From the NCBI GenBank assembly GCA_021796335.1, contig JAJYHZ010000001.1, positions 331,870 to 395,869 of the forward strand: a stretch of DNA of 64,000 bases. The letters are read 5' to 3'. The notes beneath the pieces are model-generated. The model was not told the DNA's origin. It searched no databases and was given only the letters and a program-made list of their open reading frames with translations. Shown here one piece after another: positions 20,662 to 29,551 of this stretch. The position numbers and the translations under genes were made by a program. How positions within the stretch are numbered: the stretch's first letter is position 1; each line of letters starts with the position of its first letter. The DNA comes from a bacterium (GTDB lineage: Bacteria > Patescibacteriota > Minisyncoccia > UBA6257 > UBA9933).

Positions 20662-21262
20662 GGTTTTTCCTTTTTCTGATATGCCTGAAAATTTTCTTAA
20701 ATCCTAAAATCATTAGGAATATTATAACTAAAATAATTACTATTCTCATAAGCCCTAACTTTACGATTACGGAATTCCATTCCTTCCCAAGTAGTCTGCC
20801 TAAAATCGCGTAACCACCGCTCCAGGTTATCGCCGATAATAAAACCGTAGTTAAAAATACTCTGGGCGGGATTTGAATCAATCCCGCGGCAACGGAAACA
20901 TAACCCCTTGCATAAGGTATCAGCCTTCCCAGATAAATTTCCGTTTTTCCTCTTTTGGATATTTTTTCTTTAAAAGAGTCGATTTTTCCAACCGGCAGCC
21001 ATTTCGGCGACTTTTTTTCCAATTCCATTCCGAAAAAATAAAAAACAAAGTATAGAATGGAAGTCCCCGTAAAATCTCCGGCAACCACTGTCAGAAATAC
21101 CAGCGGAAAACTCAAAACCCCCATATAAGCTAGATAGCCGGAAAATAATAGAACCAGTTCGTTCGGAACAGGATTGGGCACTCCGATTTCCTGCAGAAAA
21201 ACCAGTAGGAAAATCGCCAGATATCCGTGATGTGTTATATATGAAACAATATCAGCCGGCAT
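20651..21262 (-). CDS. DedA family membrane protein
   Basis: QEIGVPNPVPNE, GRLIP..R..VS..AG. Confidence 0.9.
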   Translation of the reverse strand: MPADIVSYITHHGYLAIFLLVFLQEIGVPNPVPNELVLLFSGYLAYMGVLSFPLVFLTVVAGDFTGTSILYFVFYFFGMELEKKSPKWLPVGKIDSFKEKISKRGKTEIYLGRLIPYARGYVSVAAGLIQIPPRVFLTTVLLSAITWSGGYAILGRLLGKEWNSVIVKLGLMRIVIILVIIFLMILGFKKIFRHIRKRKNHEI

Positions 21263-21285
21263 ATCTGATGAGTATAAACCATTTT

Positions 21286-22083
21286 TTATCGAGAAAGAAG
21301 AAGCATAACCGGATCATGGTCGGAAAGAGCCGGCTTTAAATGAATAGGCGAGTAAGAATCGATTTTGAAATTATATTTTGTGATATTTTTCACGAAAATA
21401 TAATCGAGCCGCGCCGATTTTTTCGTCCTCAGCCTGTTAACAAGGGGATTTTCCAACCTGTAACTCGGTATTATAATCTCTTCTTTGACCAAAACCGGAT
21501 GGATAAATCCGTTTTCTAAAAACAGCTGGGCGTCTTCGGTGTCCGTAATGCCATGCTGATTTAAATCACCCGTAAAAATTGCGGGTAATTCCTTGCGCCT
21601 GGAAACAATTTCGAAAATTCTTTTTAGCTGGCTTGAACGTATCTTCTGGTCGAAATTATAGTCTCCGGAGTGTAAATGACTATTTACCACGTATAACGAT
21701 CCCGCCGGAGTTTCCAAAACTGCCTCCAGAATACCTTTCCTGCCGAAATATTCAAAGATTGAATATTCGAAAATCTTAAAAGGCGTAAATTTATCCTCTT
21801 TTATTTTGAATTTCGAAAATATAACCAAGCCGCCGGTTGTATCCAGAATCGTGAACGGCACCAATCTTTTTTTGTCGAGTCCCCGAGTCGCGTAATAGCC
21901 TTTGGACGCTAAAAAATTATATATTAATTTTCTGTCATCGACATCAAACGATTCTTGCAAGCAAATTATGTCCGCGTCCAGTTCCGATAAATATTTTGCT
22001 ATAAGCCCGACTCTTTTGTACCTTTCTTTTACGAATAAGAACGGAAGGTCCCAGATATTGAAACTGATTATCTTCATAGTCAT
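21286..22083 (-). CDS. Endonuclease/exonuclease/phosphatase (sphingomyelinase-like) protein
   Basis: SFNIW, DIICLQE, NSHL, GDLN, RLDYIF, SDHDPV. Confidence 0.88.
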   Translation of the reverse strand: MTMKIISFNIWDLPFLFVKERYKRVGLIAKYLSELDADIICLQESFDVDDRKLIYNFLASKGYYATRGLDKKRLVPFTILDTTGGLVIFSKFKIKEDKFTPFKIFEYSIFEYFGRKGILEAVLETPAGSLYVVNSHLHSGDYNFDQKIRSSQLKRIFEIVSRRKELPAIFTGDLNQHGITDTEDAQLFLENGFIHPVLVKEEIIIPSYRLENPLVNRLRTKKSARLDYIFVKNITKYNFKIDSYSPIHLKPALSDHDPVMLLLSR

Positions 22084-22284
22084 TATTTTTTATTTTAAAC
22101 CAAAAATAAGAGCAAGAAAAATTTTCCTCTATTTTTAGGCCAGGTAAGAGATAAAATGGAGAATCTTGTATTTTGGACGAGTAATACCGCAGCGAAGGCT
22201 TAAAACAACTAGCTTACTGCAAATTATGTGAATGAAAAGAGTTGCGACTACGCTCCAGAATTTTATTCCAGCAAGACCTTCATT

Positions 22285-22725
22285 TTAATTTGAACTTGAA
22301 TTTGTCGCCGGCCTTAATTGAATTGTCTGAGCAGTAATACTACCATCCGAATTTTGAGTTCCCGAAACAAAAATTTGGGATCCCGTTTGAATGTCGGCGC
22401 TTGAACCACTTACAGGCTTAGTTATGGCAGTAGAAGACGAGTAAAAAACGATTTCCGAGCTCCCATCCTTTAATTTCACGGTTATACTCTGGCTATCTTT
22501 TGATAATACATTTCCACTGATAACATTTCCACCGTTCTGCGTACCGCCCCGAAAACTGCCGATGCCCGAACCGCGCAATGATTGCAATAATTGCATCTTT
22601 TGGCTCTGCGGCATATTTTGAATATCCTGAGCCGTAATATTTTTTCCGGAAGAACCGGATCCGATAAAAAATCCCGCTATCCCGACCACTACCGCAATTA
22701 TCGCCGTTACATAATTTCTTTTCAT
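22285..22725 (-). CDS. DUF5666-like membrane-anchored protein
   Basis: TM anchor, G-rich linker, DGSITAQTIQ. Confidence 0.65.
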   Translation of the reverse strand: MKRNYVTAIIAVVVGIAGFFIGSGSSGKNITAQDIQNMPQSQKMQLLQSLRGSGIGSFRGGTQNGGNVISGNVLSKDSQSITVKLKDGSSEIVFYSSSTAITKPVSGSSADIQTGSQIFVSGTQNSDGSITAQTIQLRPATNSSSN

Positions 22726-22851
22726 CCCGCATGCAGCTTCTCTGTTGATTTTATAAAAATTTTATTTTTATGAAATCAGACATGAAACCCGATTAGATTT
22801 ATCCTCCCACAAATAAATTTTTATTTTAAAGAAATTATGCGTGGGATTCAT
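22721..22851. mobile_element. Degenerate GIY-YIG TIR element copy with ATGAA duplication
   Basis: ttcat-cccgcatgcagcttc ... gaaattatgcgtggga-ttcat; the two TIR arms differ only by transitions. Confidence 0.65.
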
Positions 22852-22983
22852 GATTTCTTTTCTTGTAATATCACTCGACCAAGTGATTTTATCCACATTT
22901 TTCAGAAATAATATAATATTGTTGATTAAAGAAAATTTTATTTATGTCTGTACATTTAAATTTATTTGCGAATTTCAATGGGT

Positions 22984-24198
22984 TTACTCATAGCGCAACG
23001 CTTCTATTGGATTAAGTTTCGAAGCGCGTTGTGCGGGATAATACCCGAAAACGATTCCTATTATCGCTGACACGCCAAACGCCAATAAGATTGAAAACAG
23101 CGAGACTTGCGTCGCCATTCCCATAAAATTGGAAATTAATAAAGACAGCAGAAATCCCAAAACAATTCCTAAAAATCCTCCCGCAAAAGTCAGCAGAATC
23201 GCTTCCGCTAAAAATTGTAGGTTAATATCGCGCTTCTTTGCGCCGATTGCTTTTCTTAAACCAATCTCCCGCGTCCTTTCCGTTACTGTCGTAAGCATCA
23301 TATTCATAATACCTATTCCTCCCACTATAAGTGAAATCCCCGCCACCGAAGCCAAAAGGATTGTGAATGTATTGGTAACCGATGACGCAGTTGATACGAT
23401 ATCCGCCTGATTCATGACAGAAAAATCAGCCGATTGCGGATTAGATATGCGATGCCGCGCAAGTAAAAGATCCGTTATTTGTTGCTGAATATCCGCCATA
23501 GAGTTTTGATCCGGTGCCTGAATGCTGATAGTTGAAACATAATCCACGCCAGCTAAAAGATGCTGCGCGGTCGTAATAGGTATAATTAAAAAATCATCCT
23601 GGTTTAAAAAGCCGCTCGATCCTTTTGAAACCGTAATACCGATGATATTGAAATCTATTCCGTTGATGCGCACTATTTTTCCGATAGGGTCAACTCCGTC
23701 TCCGAACAAATCGCTGGCCGTTGTCGGTCCGATTACCGCCACCCGCGCCATGCTTCGCACCTGATCGCTGGTTATAAAGGATCCTTCGGCAATGTCGTAT
23801 TTTCTTATTTGAACGTATTCCGGTGTAGTTCCTATTACCTGAGTATTCGTATTTTGCCCCGGCACGATTACCTGGTATCTCTTTGTGATATCCGGAGCGA
23901 CAGCCACGCCGCTGATATCGCTTGCTATGGCATCGGCATCAGCCTGAGTCAAAGTTGTTGCCGAACCTCTTCCGGCGCTGACTACGCCGCTACGCTGAGA
24001 TCCCGGCATGACGACAATTAAATTGGAGCCGATGGATTGAATACTCGCCTGAATAGAATTTTGCGCTCCTTGGCCGATCGCAATCATGGCGATAACCGAT
24101 CCGATTCCAATTACAATTCCAAGGATAGTCAATCCGGAACGGACTTTATTGGAGAGTAAAGCAAAAGTTGTTTCTTGTAATAGGTCAGAATAATCCAT
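22984..24198 (-). CDS. MacB-like ABC transporter permease
   Basis: RSGLTILGIVIGIGSVI, VTERTREIGLRKAIGA, LNPIEALRYE. Confidence 0.95.
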   Translation of the reverse strand: MDYSDLLQETTFALLSNKVRSGLTILGIVIGIGSVIAMIAIGQGAQNSIQASIQSIGSNLIVVMPGSQRSGVVSAGRGSATTLTQADADAIASDISGVAVAPDITKRYQVIVPGQNTNTQVIGTTPEYVQIRKYDIAEGSFITSDQVRSMARVAVIGPTTASDLFGDGVDPIGKIVRINGIDFNIIGITVSKGSSGFLNQDDFLIIPITTAQHLLAGVDYVSTISIQAPDQNSMADIQQQITDLLLARHRISNPQSADFSVMNQADIVSTASSVTNTFTILLASVAGISLIVGGIGIMNMMLTTVTERTREIGLRKAIGAKKRDINLQFLAEAILLTFAGGFLGIVLGFLLSLLISNFMGMATQVSLFSILLAFGVSAIIGIVFGYYPAQRASKLNPIEALRYE

Positions 24199-24371
24199 TT
24201 TAAATAAAATAATATGTTTAATTTATTTCCATGCGCTATATCGTACTATATAGCACCCAAAATTGAATATTGATTTTTTATTTGATCGTCGCAAATTAAA
24301 AATTTTCATAATTTCTTCATTCTTTCCACAATTCAAATTTTCAACTTCATAATAATTTGTCATTACGGACT

Positions 24372-25073
24372 TTATAACTTTATAACTCGCTTATTTTCAT
24401 TCTTCTTGTCTTCCAGAACCGACCCGTCTTTAATATGAATAATTCTTTCCGCATGTTCGGCCACATAAGGTTCATGCGTAATAAGCACAACTGTTTTCCC
24501 TTCTGCATTTAATCTCTGGAACGTTCCCAAGACAATGTCTCCTGTTTTCGTATCCAGATTGCCGGTCGGTTCGTCCGCCAGAATAAGCGACGGACTGTTC
24601 ACCAATGCGCGGGCGATTGCCACTCTTTGCATCTGCCCTCCTGAAAGCTGGTTTGAAAGGTTGTAAAATCTTGACTCGTCAAATCCCGCACTTCTAAGCG
24701 CTTTAATTGCTCTTTCTTCCCTTTCTTTCTTGGGAATACCCGCGTATATCAAAGGCAAGGAAACGTTTCTTACTACGGTAGCTCTCGGCAAAAGATTAAA
24801 GGCTTGAAAAACAAAACCGATTTTATTTTTCCGTATATCGGCCAATTCATCGTCAGAGAATTTTGAAACATCTTTACCGTCCAAAAAATATTCGCCACTA
24901 CTGGGCGAATCAAGTGCGCCTAAAATATGCATTATCGTCGACTTGCCCGAACCGGATGGACCCATTATCGCCACAAATTCGCCGTCTTTTATTGTAAAAG
25001 AAATCCCTTTCAAAACTTTGGCTTCAACGCCGCCGGGATAATATGATTTTGTAATATTTTTAATTTCTATCAT
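24372..25073 (-). CDS. MacB/LolD-like ABC ATP-binding protein
   Basis: [33 protein letters not shown]. Confidence 0.95.
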   Translation of the reverse strand: MIEIKNITKSYYPGGVEAKVLKGISFTIKDGEFVAIMGPSGSGKSTIMHILGALDSPSSGEYFLDGKDVSKFSDDELADIRKNKIGFVFQAFNLLPRATVVRNVSLPLIYAGIPKKEREERAIKALRSAGFDESRFYNLSNQLSGGQMQRVAIARALVNSPSLILADEPTGNLDTKTGDIVLGTFQRLNAEGKTVVLITHEPYVAEHAERIIHIKDGSVLEDKKNENKRVIKL

Positions 25074-25176
25074 GAAAATAGTTTATAAAGTTATAATATT
25101 CATAAAGTTTGTAATATTTTTATAATGATAAACTTTAGATTCATATTCACTTTATTAACTTTAAAATATAAAGTCC

Positions 25177-25213
25177 CAATCTAATATCTGACGATCGTCA
25201 AATATTAGATTGG
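25177..25213. repeat. Near-perfect intergenic palindrome
   Basis: ccaatctaatatctgacga|tcgtcaaatattagattgg. Confidence 0.7.
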
Positions 25214-25240
25214 TTATACACATTGACATATGAAATTATT

Positions 25241-26896
25241 TTAACCACCAAATCCGCCGAGCATTCTGAAGCCGCGGCCGCCCGCCGCTGGACTTTTATT
25301 TGCAGACGCATTATTAGTTGTCGCATTTGTCGCCGCGGATCCGGCAATTATCCTTGTCACAACATTATCCCCCTCATTAACCCCGCTTAAAATTTCCGTA
25401 TTCGTATCGTTTTGAATTCCCGTCTGAACCGGCATTTGCGAAACGCTGCCATCCTTGTTTAAAACCTGAACATAACTGCTGTTTCCCTGCGTTTTTATCG
25501 CGCTATTTAGAACATATAAAGTATCTTGCTTTATATCGGTGATAATTGATGTATTTACGGTCATTCCCGGCTTCACACTGTTTAAATCCGTATTAAACCC
25601 TATCTGCACGTTATAAGTGGTAACTCCCTGACTAACAGTTCCCACAACATCAATTTGATCAACCGTTCCCGCCAAAGTTAAATTAGGGAGAGCGTCAAAA
25701 GACAAGGTTGCTTTTTGCCCCAACTTTACGTTGGCGGCATCAACTTCGTTTAATGAAATCTCGGCGATTTTTTGCTTGGTTATCAAAGTTACAGCCGCCG
25801 AAGATGAATCGGTCTGTTGGCCGGGGATTAAATTCACTTGCGCAACTTGCCCGTCAAAAGGAGCCGTTATCACGGTATTGCTCAAAGAATTTTCCGCAAC
25901 CTGCACCTGTGCATTAGCGCTATCTACCTGAGCTTGAGCCGCTGCCAAATCTTCCGAAGTTGCCGGCTGTACCTTTAAATTGTAATTTGCTTGAGCTTGA
26001 TTCAAAGATATCTGTGCCGAATCGATTTGCTGCTGAGCGCTTTCAATCGCCTGAGTCTGACTTTGCAAAGCAGTTTGATAAGCGTTGTAATTGGTTAAAT
26101 AATTACTCGCCGCTTTATTCGGAAGCGTAATCGTCCATGAATCATTTACATTTATTCCGCTTGGAAATTGAATGTATAATCCTTTGGTGCCGAATGGCGT
26201 TGGAATACCGTAATTGATTTGATTGCCGCCGATATTTTCCAAACCGCTTATAGAATAGTAATCGGGCTTTGTGCTAAACGAGCTGTGCAAGGTTATCACA
26301 TACTGACCTTCCTGCTGCCCGCTATATGTTCCGGTTATTGTCGGCGATGAAGATGAAATATTATTTATATCCGGAGCGGCGGAAATATCGGAATTCAAAT
26401 AATTTCTGTATGCGTTATTAACTGCTATCTGCTGCTGATTCTTCACATTATCCAAATTCTGCTTGGCATTATTGAGCGCAAGCTGCGCGGCATCAACCGA
26501 CGATTGACTTACGGCAACATCCGCATTAGTTGCACCTGCCGCCAACTTTTGGTAGCTGGCCTGCGCGCTTTCCAATCCGGCTTTTGCCTGCGCAATACTT
26601 GCCAGGGCGCTCTTCTGATCCAATACCACCAAAGTTTGACCGTCTTTTACATATTGGCCGGCTTTAACATCGACAGCAACAACAGTTCCGGAAGTCTGGG
26701 ATTTTAAATCAAGCTGGTTAGAAGGGGAAACTTGTCCAGTACCGGTTACATAAGATGTTATAGTTCCCTTCTCAACTGGAGCGGTAACATACTGCGTCGC
26801 CTGAGTGCTTGGCTTTAAAGCATAGATTCCCAACCCTATAACTGCCACACCCACAACTCCAATCAAAATTTTATGTTTTTTGGAATATTTTTTCAT
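25241..26896 (-). CDS. MacA-like periplasmic adaptor with inserted beta-rich domain
   Basis: Lipoyl halves, coiled coil interrupted by a ~100-aa insert, ITAPFDG, KPGMT. Confidence 0.88.
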   Translation of the reverse strand: MKKYSKKHKILIGVVGVAVIGLGIYALKPSTQATQYVTAPVEKGTITSYVTGTGQVSPSNQLDLKSQTSGTVVAVDVKAGQYVKDGQTLVVLDQKSALASIAQAKAGLESAQASYQKLAAGATNADVAVSQSSVDAAQLALNNAKQNLDNVKNQQQIAVNNAYRNYLNSDISAAPDINNISSSSPTITGTYSGQQEGQYVITLHSSFSTKPDYYSISGLENIGGNQINYGIPTPFGTKGLYIQFPSGINVNDSWTITLPNKAASNYLTNYNAYQTALQSQTQAIESAQQQIDSAQISLNQAQANYNLKVQPATSEDLAAAQAQVDSANAQVQVAENSLSNTVITAPFDGQVAQVNLIPGQQTDSSSAAVTLITKQKIAEISLNEVDAANVKLGQKATLSFDALPNLTLAGTVDQIDVVGTVSQGVTTYNVQIGFNTDLNSVKPGMTVNTSIITDIKQDTLYVLNSAIKTQGNSSYVQVLNKDGSVSQMPVQTGIQNDTNTEILSGVNEGDNVVTRIIAGSAATNATTNNASANKSPAAGGRGFRMLGGFGG

Positions 26897-26902
26897 AAGA
26901 AA

Positions 26903-27361
26903 TTAATTACTGTTAACCCTTATTAATCTGGCCTCAATCTGGCCCTGGTTATTCGGGGTTCCGATCGCGATAATTTGATTGTTCACTTTAATATCCTGCA
27001 GCTGCAAAGTTCCGCTTGCATCGCTAATCACCGTTGTCGATGAAGCGATAATTATTTTATCGTTGTTATCTTTATCCTTAATTGCCAAAGCATTGCCATT
27101 TATGCTTTCCACCTTTCCGACAACTCCATGAGCATTTATAAATTTCCCCCGAATAAATCCGAATGGCCCGTCTCCCGTTATCGGTCCGAAAGGCATCATT
27201 GAACCGAAATTCCTGTCGTAATTCTCTTTCCATGAATAAGAAAATCTTGCTCTGTGATAACCGACGAATACCCCGAAGCTGAATGCCAAAATCATAATTA
27301 TCAAAGATAAAATTATTCCCGCGATTATTTTTAAATTTTTTGATTCCGTTAAATTTTTCAT
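26903..27361 (-). CDS. Membrane-anchored DUF5666-like protein
   Basis: TM helix, HG..G, GQIEARLIRV. Confidence 0.65.
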   Translation of the reverse strand: MKNLTESKNLKIIAGIILSLIIMILAFSFGVFVGYHRARFSYSWKENYDRNFGSMMPFGPITGDGPFGFIRGKFINAHGVVGKVESINGNALAIKDKDNNDKIIIASSTTVISDASGTLQLQDIKVNNQIIAIGTPNNQGQIEARLIRVNSN

Positions 27362-27518
27362 CCCATATACGATTTCCCTCCTAAAAATTATTTTGAAAAA
27401 TAATTTTTAATTCTGAAATCATTTTTTATCTTTTTTACGTTTTATATTAAATCAATCTTAAATCCCGAATATAGTTTATCTAAACATTCAAATAAATAAA
27501 ATTATGCGCGGGATTCAT
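27357..27518 (-). mobile_element. Degenerate GIY-YIG TIR element copy with ATGAA duplication
   Basis: ttcat-cccatatacgatttc ... aaaattatgcgcggga-ttcat; minus strand reads FYLFECLDKLYSGFKIDL (GIY-YIG N-terminus-like) and RIKNYFSK*. Confidence 0.7.
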
Positions 27519-27922
27519 ACTCGTGATTCGTTAAACTCCGGCGAGTATAATCTTCTGCTGTTTTTCAAGAAAATAAATGACTCGACTATTACAAATAGAA
27601 ATACCAAAGATATAAGAGCCTGCTCCAGGGGAAATGATTCAACCAAACTCAAAGAAAAATCTCTCCAGTTGGCAAATGCATCCGCCGGATCATTAACCAG
27701 CAACCTTAAAAAATACCCGAATTCGGACTGAAAAATACTCTGGGTAAACAAATAAAAGATAAAGCTAAATCCTCCGATTGAAAAAGACGCTAAAGCTCCA
27801 AAAACAGCCACCCTTTTCCTAAAAATGGCTTTTTTTTCGGCCTTTATCCGCCCTTTAATATCGTTAAAAAGCTGTTTAGGCGGTCTTATCGGCTTAATCT
27901 CCGCGATATCTTTTTCTTCCAT
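27515..27922 (-). CDS. Putative membrane anti-sigma factor
   Basis: Directly downstream of the ECF sigma; TM helices. Confidence 0.6.
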   Translation of the reverse strand: MEEKDIAEIKPIRPPKQLFNDIKGRIKAEKKAIFRKRVAVFGALASFSIGGFSFIFYLFTQSIFQSEFGYFLRLLVNDPADAFANWRDFSLSLVESFPLEQALISLVFLFVIVESFIFLKNSRRLYSPEFNESRV

Positions 27923-27946
27923 AACTATAATTACGGAAGAAAATTT

Positions 27947-28498
27947 TTATTTTGGTGCATTACCCTTTTTTCTAATCGCAAGAATCCCTCTTCTATATGT
28001 GCTTTTAACCGTATTTAAAGGCTTTTTCATCATTTCGGCAATTTCCTTAAAAGTGAATTTATCAACATCGTGAAGCGTTATAATCCGCTTATGTTCGGAA
28101 CTTAAATTGCCGAACAAAAGTTTTTTCTCATACGGGTCGTCCAGTCGGTCCAATTTTGCGGTTAAAATATCCATTAAACCATTTTCGCCGGCGTCTTTTT
28201 CCAATACAGAGAACGGGATCTCTGTTTTTTTTCTCAGCCAATCGATGCAGGTATTTTCGGCAATCGCAAAAATCCAGGTTTTAAACTTCTTTCCCTGATC
28301 GAATTTTTTGATATTTTTCCAGACTTTTATGAAAATTTCCTGGGAAATATCGGAAGCGTTATTCGGGTTTCCGGTATAGCGCCGGACAAATCCGTACATT
28401 AAAGGTAGATAGCGCTTAACCAGTTTCTCGAAAGCGATTTCATCGCCGTCCAAATACGCTTTTATCAAATCTTCATCGGAAAATTTATTTAGATCCAT
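27947..28498 (-). CDS. ECF sigma-70 factor
   Basis: D..QEIFIKVW, FKTWIFAIA.N.CIDWLRK, EIAE......TVKS...RG; start taken at MDLNK. Confidence 0.92.
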   Translation of the reverse strand: MDLNKFSDEDLIKAYLDGDEIAFEKLVKRYLPLMYGFVRRYTGNPNNASDISQEIFIKVWKNIKKFDQGKKFKTWIFAIAENTCIDWLRKKTEIPFSVLEKDAGENGLMDILTAKLDRLDDPYEKKLLFGNLSSEHKRIITLHDVDKFTFKEIAEMMKKPLNTVKSTYRRGILAIRKKGNAPK

Positions 28499-28572
28499 AA
28501 AATTTTGATTAACGTGATTATAGCACAAACGTTTAAATTCTATTATAAATAAAAATGTGACGAAGGTCAAAA

Positions 28573-29541
28573 TTATTTAAATTTTTCATTTTTGATTTTG
28601 TTTAAAATTTCCTTCAGATTTTCCAAACTATCCCAATCGTAAATGGAAATCGGCAATGCCGTTTTGTTCAGTTTCTTCAAATCAGTAATTTTTTTCTTTG
28701 TTTCTTCAGGTCTAATTAGATCTGTTTTTGTCAAAAACAAATACTCCGCCTTTTTTGCCAACCCAAAGCTGTATTTCTTTAATTCATTTTTAATCGTCTG
28801 ATAATCTTTTTTCGGATTTTCCGATTCGGCGGAAATAAAATGAAACAGGATTTTCGTTCTTTCGATATGCCTCAGGAATTTAATACCCAATCCTTTTCCC
28901 GTCGATGCTCCTTCAATCAATCCCGGAATATCTGCCAAAATCAATTCGTAATAGACTCCCAAATTCGGCTCAAGGGTAGTAAACGGATAATTGGCCACCT
29001 TGCTTTTGGCCGCCGTTAATTCGTTTAGTAAACTTGATTTGCCCGCATTGGGAAGCCCGACAAATCCTACATCAGCAATCAGTTTTAATTCCAATCTGAT
29101 TGCAAATTTTTCGCCCGGCAAACCTTCTTGAAATCTTTCCGGACTCGGATTTTTTGGTGATCTGAATAAAAAATTCCCTTTCCCGCCATGGCCTCCGCTT
29201 GCGATCAAGATCCTTTCGCCGATTTTCACAATTTCCTTTTCTTCGCCGGTATCCAAATTATGAATAACCGTACCGATTGGAATTTTAAGCACGACATTCT
29301 CTCCGGCGCGGCCGTCATTAAACTGCGGCTTCCCATTCTGACCATTTTCCGCATAAAATTCTTTTTTGTTTCTAAACTGTTTTAACGCGCTTAAATCCGC
29401 GGTGCCCTCCAAAAAAACATTGCCGCCGTTTCCCCCGCTGCCTCCGGCAGGCCCAAGACTCATCAGATTCTTATTCCAGGCAACCGCTCCCCTGCCTCCG
29501 TTTCCTCCTCCCGTTTTAATTATTACGTCATCAATGAACAT
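28573..29541 (-). CDS. obgE: GTPase ObgE/CgtA
   Basis: MFIDD, G-rich Obg fold, VGLPNAGKSS, YPFTTL, DIPGLIEGA. Confidence 0.96.
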   Translation of the reverse strand: MFIDDVIIKTGGGNGGRGAVAWNKNLMSLGPAGGSGGNGGNVFLEGTADLSALKQFRNKKEFYAENGQNGKPQFNDGRAGENVVLKIPIGTVIHNLDTGEEKEIVKIGERILIASGGHGGKGNFLFRSPKNPSPERFQEGLPGEKFAIRLELKLIADVGFVGLPNAGKSSLLNELTAAKSKVANYPFTTLEPNLGVYYELILADIPGLIEGASTGKGLGIKFLRHIERTKILFHFISAESENPKKDYQTIKNELKKYSFGLAKKAEYLFLTKTDLIRPEETKKKITDLKKLNKTALPISIYDWDSLENLKEILNKIKNEKFK

Positions 29542-29551
29542 AATACTAAAA

